A stretch of 24,000 bases of DNA from Candidatus Caldarchaeum subterraneum (GCA_937934305.1 CALHAG010000008.1:56377-80376); one strand, 5' to 3'; counted from the first letter of the stretch, positions 15,437 to 23,403 are shown. Made by a program: numbers and translations. The notes: a model not told the origin generated them from the letters alone.

Positions 15437-16047
15437 ATCGGTTCACCCCATCGATTGAGTGAAGCAACGTCGCTCAGCGGTTTTCTTCGCCCCATCGTCT
15501 CTCCACCTCTCAGTCCAATTTCCACGAAGGCCATAGGCTCAAAATCGCTCGGCAAACCCAGAACATGTTTAACAGCCTCGGGTGCGAAAAGCGGAGAACA
15601 ACGCCAGCACGCGCCATAACCCAAGGCATGAACAGCTAGCAGAATGTTTTGCACCGCGGCTGCAACACTCTGCACACCCATAACATACTCGCATCTCCTG
15701 CGTTTGGAATCCCAGTATACATCCATGTCACTCATGCATAAACAAGCGACTATGATGTATGAGGCTCTCATGCTTCTACCGTTAGAAGACTCGACTATCT
15801 GCCTAGCCTTCGCCTCGTCGACGCCATCGGCCAAGAGGTCGGATAGCCACTCCCGGCCCATCTCCTCGATGAGCCTTCTCTTTACATCGGGGTCAGAAAC
15901 CACCACAAACCGCCACGGCTGAGCGTTATGCGCATTAGCAGCCCACACACCAGCCTCCAAAGCCTTCAAAACAACCTCGAAAGGAACCTCACCAACCCCA
16001 AGGCTCTTCGAGCTCCGCCTACTTTTAATCAGCGTGAGGAAATCCAT
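15430..16047 (-). CDS. Nitroreductase-superfamily flavoprotein, stand-alone, resembling the FbiB C-terminal domain
   Basis: The canonical family N-terminus MDFLTLIKSRRSSKSL begins at ATG 16047. The track ORF extends to 16089, and an ATG is also present at 16071. Motifs: AANAHNAQPWRFVVV, VQNILLAVHALGYGACW, MAFVEIG. There is a 7-nt overlap with the cofD start. Confidence 0.75.
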   Translation of the reverse strand: MDFLTLIKSRRSSKSLGVGEVPFEVVLKALEAGVWAANAHNAQPWRFVVVSDPDVKRRLIEEMGREWLSDLLADGVDEAKARQIVESSNGRSMRASYIIVACLCMSDMDVYWDSKRRRCEYVMGVQSVAAAVQNILLAVHALGYGACWRCSPLFAPEAVKHVLGLPSDFEPMAFVEIGLRGGETMGRRKPLSDVASLNRWGEPIC

Positions 16048-16067
16048 CAAACATGCAACGTGTAAAA

Positions 16068-16080
16068 CCATATTTATGTT
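16068..16080. promoter_or_regulatory. Shared A/T-rich TATA element between divergent leaderless genes
   Basis: ccatatttatgtt is centred at about 16074. That is about 27 nt from ATG 16047 (minus strand) and about 27 nt from ATG 16101 (plus strand). Confidence 0.5.
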
Positions 16081-16100
16081 AGCCGCCATAAAGAAACTGG

Positions 16101-17162
16101 ATGGTTGAGCTCTGGCTACGCTACGGACGAACCATGATCTTCACAGACCTCGAGGACAACTTCGAGGTCCTGGCTCCGGCGAAACTATGGAACAATTCTG
16201 AGAAGCTGGTGGAGAATCTCATGAAGCACATATCTTCAGAGACACGGGCCATCATAATTGACTATGTCCACGGCTTGACGGGATTCGATAAAGTGGTTGA
16301 AACGGTGTTTGATGCTGTCAGAAAAAGTGGAGTTGACTTGGAGAGGCTGGAGGTGTTTGTCTCGGGATGGAGATACTGTGACGAAAGCATGGAAAAAGTA
16401 TTGGTTAACATGGTTAAGACAATTATTTCTGAACATGGTGTGGGAAAAATCTCGGCTCTCCCATCAAATTCTTTGGATGAGTATTCCGATGTTGTTGTTT
16501 CTCCAGCGGTTTATTGGAATGGTGATGTGCTGACTCATGAGGATTTTCTCGAGACAGTTGGGCTCAGGACCTTCAGCTGTGTCGTCGCACCTGTTGTTGG
16601 CAGAGGAGGGGTGGTGTCCGAAGTCTATTCGGGCGATGAAGTCTCTGACACCGATTTGAGAAACGAGGCGATGAAAGCATCCGCATACATACCTTCTAAA
16701 GAGCCGCAGGTCGTTGTTGTGGGAGGGCCCGGGTATCCAGTTGACTCAAGGCTTCAAACATGTTTAAACATGGCTAGCACGGTGCGGGAGCTCCCTGAAA
16801 ACAAGGTCATCGTCCTAGCGCTTGAATGCTCCGAGGGCCTCGGAGGAAAAACATTCATCGACACACTTCTAAACAAGATGCAGCCAGATAATCATTATAT
16901 GGCTAAAGACATCGAGTCGTGGCGGTTGGTTGCATCTCGTCAAAAAATGTGTCTCGTCACAGCTCTCCCCTCATCAATAGTTAGCCATCTACTCGCAGCG
17001 AGACAGTTCGACACACTCGACCAAGCCATGACCTATGCACGGCGGCTTAAGTCAAGGGAGGCCCATGTGCTTTTTGTGGAGAACGGTGTTGGGACGAGGG
17101 TTTTAGAATATGCGGCTGAGGGGGACGAAGCTGAGGATAAACATGGCGGCAACGCCGATTAG
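16101..17162 (+). CDS. LarA-like (DUF2088, lactate-racemase-fold) protein, shortened and apparently lacking the cofactor-tethering motif
   Basis: 353 aa. The N-terminus VELWLRYGRTMIFTDLEDNF resembles LarA VAIDLPYDKRTITAQIDDENY. VVVGGPGYPVDSRLQTCLNM resembles STNGGYPLDQNIYQAVKGM. VIVLALECSEGLGGKTF resembles IIMVAGARDGHGGEGF. The C-terminal FDTLDQAMTYA resembles AKTLDEAMEKA. No GGRK-type segment was seen. The comparison is from memory of L. plantarum LarA. Confidence 0.5.
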   Translation: MVELWLRYGRTMIFTDLEDNFEVLAPAKLWNNSEKLVENLMKHISSETRAIIIDYVHGLTGFDKVVETVFDAVRKSGVDLERLEVFVSGWRYCDESMEKVLVNMVKTIISEHGVGKISALPSNSLDEYSDVVVSPAVYWNGDVLTHEDFLETVGLRTFSCVVAPVVGRGGVVSEVYSGDEVSDTDLRNEAMKASAYIPSKEPQVVVVGGPGYPVDSRLQTCLNMASTVRELPENKVIVLALECSEGLGGKTFIDTLLNKMQPDNHYMAKDIESWRLVASRQKMCLVTALPSSIVSHLLAARQFDTLDQAMTYARRLKSREAHVLFVENGVGTRVLEYAAEGDEAEDKHGGNAD

Positions 17163-18203
17163 CGAAATTTTTCGCCAGAAAGATAGGGGAGAAACCTCGT
17201 CGAGAGGAACGATGTCCACGCTCCGCCCCATCATCAAAATCAGCAGAAGAGCCATGAAATAATAGCCGGCCAAAACCAAAAGAGCCAAAGCCGCGTAAGA
17301 CGCTACAAGATGCTGTCTCCGCGAGAGAAAGCTTCTAAATATTCTGCCACCGTCCAGCTGCCAAATCGGCATAAGATTCAATGCAGTAACAACCATTCCC
17401 AGCCATGCCGCAAATCCGACGGTCATGAAAAACGGAACATAGCCCGGCCTTTCATAAAACATCCCAATCAGGTAAAAGATTAGAGGCGGCTGCACGAAGG
17501 TGCCTTGACCAGATATAGCTTCTAAAACCTGTTGGTAACGGTCCATAGGCACCCAGACAGCGGTCTCAAAAGTGAGGAAGGTAACCAAGACCGCGACAAC
17601 AAAACCAGCCACAGGGCCGCTCACACCCAAGTCAAACATGTCATCCCTGTTGGCCAACGGCTCCTTCTGGAAAATAACAGCCCCCAATGTAGGTAAAACA
17701 CCCGGCAACCCGGGAATAAAATAGGGGAGGCTTGCCGCGACACCGTCTATTTTGGCGGAGATCTTGTGACCCATTTCATGGATAAAGATTATACCGAGAA
17801 GAGCCAATGAAAAGAGGACCCCGTTCACGATGATGGAGTTTAGTCCGAAACCTGGCGAAATTATGCTGAAGATTGGGCTGCTCGACCTGAGTATGCCGTC
17901 TACGGTTACGGTTCCCACGGTTGCTGCGGCGAGGACCAGCGGTATCTTTACATCGTTTCTAGCGGGCCGATTGTACGGAAAAACCCGCAACTTAATAACC
18001 GATTGCTCACGTCGCGCAGAAGCGAGGAAACCCATTTTCTTAAGCTCCGCCAAACAACTTTTGAACGCCACCTTGATATCTCCGTCGAGAACCTCAAACG
18101 TCAACACACCAGCCTCAAAATACGTGTTCGCCACATTGAAGTGCCTCTCCACCGTCAGCTTCAACGAGTCAATGACGCCGTCGTAGACAAAACTCATGAA
18201 CAA
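17103..18203 (-). CDS. Site-2 protease family (M50) membrane metalloprotease
   Basis: 366 aa with multiple TM segments. HExxH motif at IFIHEMGHKISA and second M50 motif ALNLMPIWQLDGGRIF. The 3' end overlaps the convergent LarA-like gene by 60 nt. Confidence 0.8.
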   Translation of the reverse strand: MFMSFVYDGVIDSLKLTVERHFNVANTYFEAGVLTFEVLDGDIKVAFKSCLAELKKMGFLASARREQSVIKLRVFPYNRPARNDVKIPLVLAAATVGTVTVDGILRSSSPIFSIISPGFGLNSIIVNGVLFSLALLGIIFIHEMGHKISAKIDGVAASLPYFIPGLPGVLPTLGAVIFQKEPLANRDDMFDLGVSGPVAGFVVAVLVTFLTFETAVWVPMDRYQQVLEAISGQGTFVQPPLIFYLIGMFYERPGYVPFFMTVGFAAWLGMVVTALNLMPIWQLDGGRIFRSFLSRRQHLVASYAALALLVLAGYYFMALLLILMMGRSVDIVPLDEVSPLSFWRKISLIGVAAMFILSFVPLSRIF

Positions 18204-18292
18204 ATCACCTTACGCTAATCGAATCTAAAAAGTTTAACGAGACAACAATCCACACTATTAAACGGTGAAACAACCCCTACGTTATAGGTCCT

Positions 18293-18368
18293 TGGGGCCG
18301 GTGGGATTTGAACCCACGACCTCGCGGGCCCGAGCCGCGCATCTTAGACCAAGCTGGACCACGGCCCC
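18293..18368 (-). tRNA. tRNA-Pro (anticodon CGG)
   Basis: The reverse complement folds by hand into a 76-nt cloverleaf. Acceptor GGGGCCG/CGGCCCC, anticodon stem CGCGG/CCGCG with loop CTCGGGC, T arm GTGGG-TTCAAAT-CCCAC, discriminator A. The D stem has one mismatch. No intron and no encoded CCA. Confidence 0.88.
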
Positions 18369-18390
18369 TGTTCTACTTTTTTGAGGCTTG

Positions 18391-18398
18391 TATAATAT
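18391..18398 (-). promoter_or_regulatory. TATA box for tRNA-Pro, abutting the PCNA stop codon
   Basis: tataatat lies 23-30 nt upstream (on the minus strand) of the tRNA 5' end at 18368. The PCNA stop is at 18401-18403. Confidence 0.55.
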
Positions 18399-18400
18399 GT

Positions 18401-19171
18401 TTATTCCAGGCGGGGAGCTATTAGGAATTCTATTTTCCCGCCTGTGAGGGGGAAGCTGAGTTTAATCGGCTTGTTTGTTGAGAGTTCTATTCCTGTTTCG
18501 TCGGAGAGTGTTTTGCTGGCCGACATGATTTTCTCGAGGTAGGCTAGGCTGAAGCTGGCTGAAACCTCTTTGTCTGTCGAGATTTCGTGGACGAGGCTGC
18601 CGTCTTTCTCGAGGCGAGTGACATGTGTCTGGACATCGCTCTTGCTTGATATGACCAGCTCGTTTGGCCTGATGATTATTCTCGCGTAGTCGCTGACTAT
18701 GGTTGCGTCGTCAACCGCCTCGTAGAAGGCCGCGGTGTCTACTCTGCACCTGGCCTCGAAGGTGAGCTTGGGAACAGGTGTCGGCCCCGCTCCCGGCTCG
18801 AGCGTGCTCATCACAAACCTCCTTTCCTTGCGTGCGGCTGTGTTGGCGAAAACAAGTGTGAGACGCTTGTTAACCTCATCATACTCAATAGTTAGAGATT
18901 CGTTTCCAGCCCGTTTCAAAAACTTGTAAAGCGAAGAGATGTTAACCTTAATCTCCACAGGTTTCTCGCAGACATATTCCTCCGCTGCTTCACGGTTGAA
19001 GACAAAGTTGACGAGGCTAACATGTGCGGGGTCCATTCCCGTGAGCTTAAGAGACTCGCTATCGGCTGTGAAAGAGCCTTCATCCACTACAGCTGAAATG
19101 GCTTTCACGATGGATGCGAAGTAGTCCGCCGATGGAAGGGTTAGCTTGAAGGTAGGCTGGGATTCACTCAT
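18401..19171 (-). CDS. pcn: DNA polymerase sliding clamp PCNA
   Basis: 256 aa. F.L......F...V.AIS.VVDEG.F......L.L.GMDP.HVSLV, two-domain length, and the central linker EPGAGPTPVPKL (interdomain connecting loop). Confidence 0.9.
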   Translation of the reverse strand: MSESQPTFKLTLPSADYFASIVKAISAVVDEGSFTADSESLKLTGMDPAHVSLVNFVFNREAAEEYVCEKPVEIKVNISSLYKFLKRAGNESLTIEYDEVNKRLTLVFANTAARKERRFVMSTLEPGAGPTPVPKLTFEARCRVDTAAFYEAVDDATIVSDYARIIIRPNELVISSKSDVQTHVTRLEKDGSLVHEISTDKEVSASFSLAYLEKIMSASKTLSDETGIELSTNKPIKLSFPLTGGKIEFLIAPRLE

Positions 19172-19193
19172 GCCCCCAAGTGGTGAACAGGTG

Positions 19194-19201
19194 AATATAT
19201 T
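19194..19201 (-). promoter_or_regulatory. TATA box for leaderless PCNA
   Basis: aatatatt is centred about 26 nt upstream of the PCNA ATG (19171-19169). Confidence 0.55.
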
Positions 19202-19311
19202 CTTGTACTGTATGACCGCGGTATTGTGGAGGTGTTTACAGGAGATTATGAACTGGGGCTTTGGCCATCTTACGGATAAAAGCCGGCATGAGGTAGCGGG
19301 GTCTGGCTGAG

Positions 19312-19719
19312 TTGGCGCCGCGTAGAAAAAAGGTCAAGTTCGAGATGGAGACAGGCGACGGGGATAAGATAGCCATAACATTTGAGGGGGCTCTCACACG
19401 GGAGAAGCTCTACCAGCTCGCTGATTTTCTCGAGCTAGTAAGTGGAGCACCTGAGCCAAGTGAAAACATCCGCGGCAACAAGCTAGCTAAGCTGATGAGC
19501 ATTGTAGAGAAGCATTTCCCCTACTCCTTCTTCACTTCCCGCGAAATAGCGGAGGCCTACCAGTATGAATTCGGCGAACCCATCCCACTCAGCACCGCTT
19601 CAACCTATTTGGCAAGACTCGCCGAGAGAGGATGGCTGGAGAGAACGGGTAGCGGAAACTTGGCGCGTTACAGAATAGTGCATGGCGAGGCTCGTCAAAA
19701 AGAGTTTGAAACGGTCTAA
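19312..19719 (+). CDS. Winged-helix DNA-binding protein, function unknown
   Basis: 135 aa, TTG start (alternative ATG at 19345). The C-terminal wHTH-like segment is FTSREIAEAY...PLSTASTYLARLAERGWLERTGSGNLARYRIV. ggataaaag lies about 30 nt upstream. The stop overlaps the ppdK stop by 4 nt (convergent). Confidence 0.5.
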   Translation: MAPRRKKVKFEMETGDGDKIAITFEGALTREKLYQLADFLELVSGAPEPSENIRGNKLAKLMSIVEKHFPYSFFTSREIAEAYQYEFGEPIPLSTASTYLARLAERGWLERTGSGNLARYRIVHGEARQKEFETV

Positions 19720-22379
19720 ACGGTCGCCGCGACTTTTACGCCTTCACCGACGGCGGCCTGTGCAGCGGCTAGCCGGGCTATGGGAACTCTGTATGGTGAG
19801 GCGCTGACATAGTCGAGGCCTGCTTTGTGGAAGAATTTGACGCTGTCGGGGTCGCCGCCATGTTCTCCACAGACACCCACCTCTAGGGTGGGTTTGGTCC
19901 TTTTTCCCTCGGCTGTAGCCATTTCAACAAGTCTGCCTACTCCACGGGTGTCGATGGATTCAAATGGGTTATGTGTGACAATGTGTTTCTCGAGATAGTC
20001 CGCCATGAACTTGGCCTCTGCGTCGTCTCTGCTGAAGCCGTAGGTTGTCTGGGTGAGGTCGTTTGTGCCAAATGAGAAGAAGTCTGCGACCTCAGCTATC
20101 TCAGCGGCTGTCAAAGCCGCTCTAGGCGTCTCAATCATCGTGCCCACCTTGTAGTCAATTCTCTCGCCAAGCTCCTTGAACAGGTTCTCAGCCGTTTCCT
20201 CGATTATTTTTCTCAGGTATGCGAGCTCGTTCTTCTCGCTTACCAGCGGCAGCATGATTTGGATTTTCGCCGTCTCGCCATGTCTTCTCCTAACCTCTAT
20301 AGCGGCAGTCAGTATCGCGCGGACCTGCATCTCATATATCTCGGGGTACCGGATGGCCAACCGGCATCCACGATGCCCCAGCATCGGGTTATGCTCCTTT
20401 AGCGCCAAAACTTTTCTGAGAAGCTCTTGTCTAGCGGCGATTTCCTTCTCGTTTCCCGGCTTTTGGACAAGCTCAAACATCTCCTTCAGTATTTCCTCGG
20501 CAGGTGGCAGGAACTCGTGTAGAGGTAGGTCGAGCAGACGCACCGTTACGGGAAGTCCCTTCATCGCGGTGAATATGCCTATGAAGTCGCTGACTTGGAA
20601 GGGCAGCAGCTTCTCAAGAGCCCGCCGCCGTTCTTCAGATGTTTCAGCCATTATCATCTCGCGGACAATAGGTAGCCTGTCGGGGGCGTTGAACATCCGC
20701 TCGGTTCTGCAGAGCCCTATGCCCTCTGCGCCAAAAGCCCTCGCCTTGGCGGCTGCCTCGGGTGTGTCAGCATTCGCTCTTACACCAAGCCTCCTGAAAC
20801 GGTCTGCAAGGCTGAGAAGCTTGTTGAGCTCCCCGGTCATCTCAGGCTCTGTGGTGGGGGCCTCCCCGAGGTAGACGTTTCCAGTCGAGCCGTCTATCGT
20901 TATCACATCATCGTGTCGCACAGCCACTCCATCAGCTGTTACAAACATTTGCTCATCCATGTTTATTTTGATGCTTTCGCATCCCACGACAGCTGGCTTG
21001 CCCATTCCACGGGCCACAACAGCTGCGTGACTCGTCATTCCTCCACGTGATGTCAAAACTCCCTGCGCCGCAATAATCCCTTTAATGTCCTCGGGGGTTG
21101 TCTCAGGCCTCACAAGGATAATTTTCTCTCCTTTGTTACCTCTTTCCGCGGCCTCATCGGTGTCGAAGACTACTTTGCCTGTTGCGGCGCCTGGCGAGGC
21201 GTTGAGGCCTTTTGCTATGGGTTTGCCCTTGAACGATGCGTCGATGCGTCGGTGAAGGAGCTGGTTAAGCTCCTTCGGCTCCACCCTTAACAGAGCCTCC
21301 TCAGCAGTTATCAACCCCTCTTCAAACATGTCCACAGCTATCTTGACAGCGGCCTGCGCTGTTCTCTTTCCGTTTCTTGTCTGTAGGAGATAGAGTTTTC
21401 CGTTCTCCACCGTGAATTCGAAATCCTGCATGTCTCTGAAGTGTTTCTCAAGTTTCTCAGCCATCGCCAATAGCTGTCGATAAAGCTGCGGCTCGACCTG
21501 GGAGAGTGGGAAAGGTGTTCTTATTCCCGCGACCACATCCTCGCCCTGTGCCTTTGGCAAATATTCTCCGAAGAGCTTTTTCTCACCTGTTGAGGGGTCG
21601 CGTGTGAAGCCGACGCCTGTGCCAGAGTTTTCGCCCAAGTTGCCGAAAACCATCATCTGAATGTTGACGGCTGTCCCAAGGTCGTCAGGAATTTTGTAGA
21701 ACCTTCTATACTCGATTGCTCGTGGATTGTTCCAGGACTTGAACACCGCTTCGACAGCCATCTTAAGCTGTTCCGAGGGGTCTTGAGGCAGCTCCCTCCC
21801 AGTCTCCTCTCTGACGACGCGTTTAAACTCCTCAACAATTTTCCGCAACTCCTCCGCGGGAATCTCTATGTCGAACCTTACCCCTAGCCTCTGCTTCGTC
21901 TCTTCAAGAATTTTTTCGAATCTATCGGTTTTGACACCCATGGCGATGCGGGCGAACATCTGGATGAAACGTCTGTATGCGTCGTAGGCAAACCGCCGGT
22001 CACCGGTTAATTTAGCCAGGCCCTCGACAACGGCATCGTTGATGCCGAGGTTGAGAATTGTGTCCATCATTCCCGGCATCGAGTAAGGAGCGCCAGACCT
22101 CACGGATAGGAGAAGAGGGTTACTGGGGTCTCCCAGCCTTTTCCCCACTTTTTTCTCCAAAATTCTCAGCTTCTCCATAAGCTCCTCAAACAACCCCTCC
22201 GGAATCTTTCCACCCTCACGATAATACATCTTGCACGCCGTGGTTAGAATAATAATCCCCGGCGGAACAGGTAATCCAATAGCGCTCATCTGCACAAGGC
22301 CATAGCCCTTGCCACCTAGCTCAAACTTATCCAAGTTTGTGAATTCCTCAAAAAGCCCGACCAAGCCTTTCAAAGACAT
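19716..22379 (-). CDS. ppdK: Pyruvate, phosphate dikinase
   Basis: 887 aa. N-terminal ATP-grasp (LGGKGYGL, SVRSGA..SMPGMMDT.LN.G), phospho-His domain (TSRGGMTSHAAVVARGMGKP), C-terminal PEP-utilising TIM barrel (FFSFGTNDLTQ, GVCGEHGGDP). Confidence 0.95.
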   Translation of the reverse strand: MSLKGLVGLFEEFTNLDKFELGGKGYGLVQMSAIGLPVPPGIIILTTACKMYYREGGKIPEGLFEELMEKLRILEKKVGKRLGDPSNPLLLSVRSGAPYSMPGMMDTILNLGINDAVVEGLAKLTGDRRFAYDAYRRFIQMFARIAMGVKTDRFEKILEETKQRLGVRFDIEIPAEELRKIVEEFKRVVREETGRELPQDPSEQLKMAVEAVFKSWNNPRAIEYRRFYKIPDDLGTAVNIQMMVFGNLGENSGTGVGFTRDPSTGEKKLFGEYLPKAQGEDVVAGIRTPFPLSQVEPQLYRQLLAMAEKLEKHFRDMQDFEFTVENGKLYLLQTRNGKRTAQAAVKIAVDMFEEGLITAEEALLRVEPKELNQLLHRRIDASFKGKPIAKGLNASPGAATGKVVFDTDEAAERGNKGEKIILVRPETTPEDIKGIIAAQGVLTSRGGMTSHAAVVARGMGKPAVVGCESIKINMDEQMFVTADGVAVRHDDVITIDGSTGNVYLGEAPTTEPEMTGELNKLLSLADRFRRLGVRANADTPEAAAKARAFGAEGIGLCRTERMFNAPDRLPIVREMIMAETSEERRRALEKLLPFQVSDFIGIFTAMKGLPVTVRLLDLPLHEFLPPAEEILKEMFELVQKPGNEKEIAARQELLRKVLALKEHNPMLGHRGCRLAIRYPEIYEMQVRAILTAAIEVRRRHGETAKIQIMLPLVSEKNELAYLRKIIEETAENLFKELGERIDYKVGTMIETPRAALTAAEIAEVADFFSFGTNDLTQTTYGFSRDDAEAKFMADYLEKHIVTHNPFESIDTRGVGRLVEMATAEGKRTKPTLEVGVCGEHGGDPDSVKFFHKAGLDYVSASPYRVPIARLAAAQAAVGEGVKVAATV

Positions 22380-22401
22380 ACACTAGAAAGACTGTGCTCT
22401 A

Positions 22402-23403
22402 TCATTTAAATGGTTTACTTTTGGCAGCCGCGAGGATGGATAGGATGTCTTGATACTCTTTTCCGGGGCGGGGCTGCGGATAGATTAGAGGTGTGATTCC
22501 TGCTTTGCGGTATCTTTTCAGCTGCTCGCAGACATCCCTGTCACAGAAAACCGATACACTTTCGACTACATCGTTGTCTAGGGTCTCGACAGCTGCGTCT
22601 CGTCCACGAGTATCCAACACTGCGGTGAATCTCTCAACAGCTTCGCCGTGCCCTGCTTCACGCATTATTCTTCTGTAAGCAGGTGAACTAAGGTAGAAGG
22701 CAACAGACCGCTTCAAGGCGTTGAAACACTCTGGTTCGCTCGACGCGGCAGCAAGCACAAACGACAATTTTTTGAAGGCTCTGCTTGGGTCATGTGATTT
22801 TTCGAGTCCCTTGTCTATTGCTTTGTTGACATAGTTGGCTGCGCGGGGGTCGAAGAGGTTGAGTATCAGGCCGTCTGCTTTCTCTCCTGCGAGAGTGAGC
22901 ATCTGAGGGTTGAGGGCCGCTAGATATATTTCGGTTGGCCTCGGCTGCTTCATCCATAGGCGAACGCCGTCGACGCGGTAGTGTCTACCGCTGTATTGAA
23001 ACCGTTCCCCAGTTAGAAATCTTCTGACTATCTCTATGTATTCAGACATTTTTTGCACAGGGTTTGATATATCTGCTCCATGTCCCTTTCGGGAAATGTC
23101 TGGCCCTCCTACGCCGAGGCCTAGGATGAAACGGTTCTGTGAAAGCTCTTGAAGGGTTGCTGCCTCCATCGCCGTGGCCATGGGGGTTCTTGCGAAGATG
23201 TTGATTATGGCTGTTCCGAGTTTTATTCGCTCGGTATGTAGAGCGGCTGCGGCGAGTGTTACAGGTGAGGCGCGCGCCATTTCCTCCGTCATCCACAGCG
23301 AGCTGTACTCCAGCTCCTCCGCACGCTTAGCTACTTCTATAAACTGTTGTGAAGTAAGGTCTACGCTTCTGATGCAGAGGCCCAGTTCATCACCCTCTCC
23401 CAT
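22402..23403 (-). CDS. Luciferase-like monooxygenase (LLM) class oxidoreductase, probably F420-dependent
   Basis: Motifs: AEELEYSSLWMTEE, KLGTAIINIF.RTP, RFILGLGVGG. About 330 aa. ATG 23403 is preferred over 23430 because it reduces the overlap with the upstream thioesterase gene to 14 nt. Confidence 0.8.
   Translation of the reverse strand: MGEGDELGLCIRSVDLTSQQFIEVAKRAEELEYSSLWMTEEMARASPVTLAAAALHTERIKLGTAIINIFARTPMATAMEAATLQELSQNRFILGLGVGGPDISRKGHGADISNPVQKMSEYIEIVRRFLTGERFQYSGRHYRVDGVRLWMKQPRPTEIYLAALNPQMLTLAGEKADGLILNLFDPRAANYVNKAIDKGLEKSHDPSRAFKKLSFVLAAASSEPECFNALKRSVAFYLSSPAYRRIMREAGHGEAVERFTAVLDTRGRDAAVETLDNDVVESVSVFCDRDVCEQLKRYRKAGITPLIYPQPRPGKEYQDILSILAAAKSKPFK

Noticed and set aside
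19172-19311. A C/D-box sRNA in the PCNA/wHTH intergenic region (gtatgac..., ...ctggctgag).
   Set aside because: There is no good RUGAUGA C box. The candidate C-like and CTGA elements are about 100 nt apart, and there is no C'/D' pair or terminal stem. Similar checks of 18204-18292 and 11342-11565 were also negative.
20176-20874. A 232-aa ORF on the plus strand inside ppdK.
   Set aside because: It is antisense to a very confidently identified 887-aa gene. Its translation is low-complexity and Ser/Arg/Ala-rich, with no motif. This is the typical shadow ORF of moderately GC-rich coding sequence.
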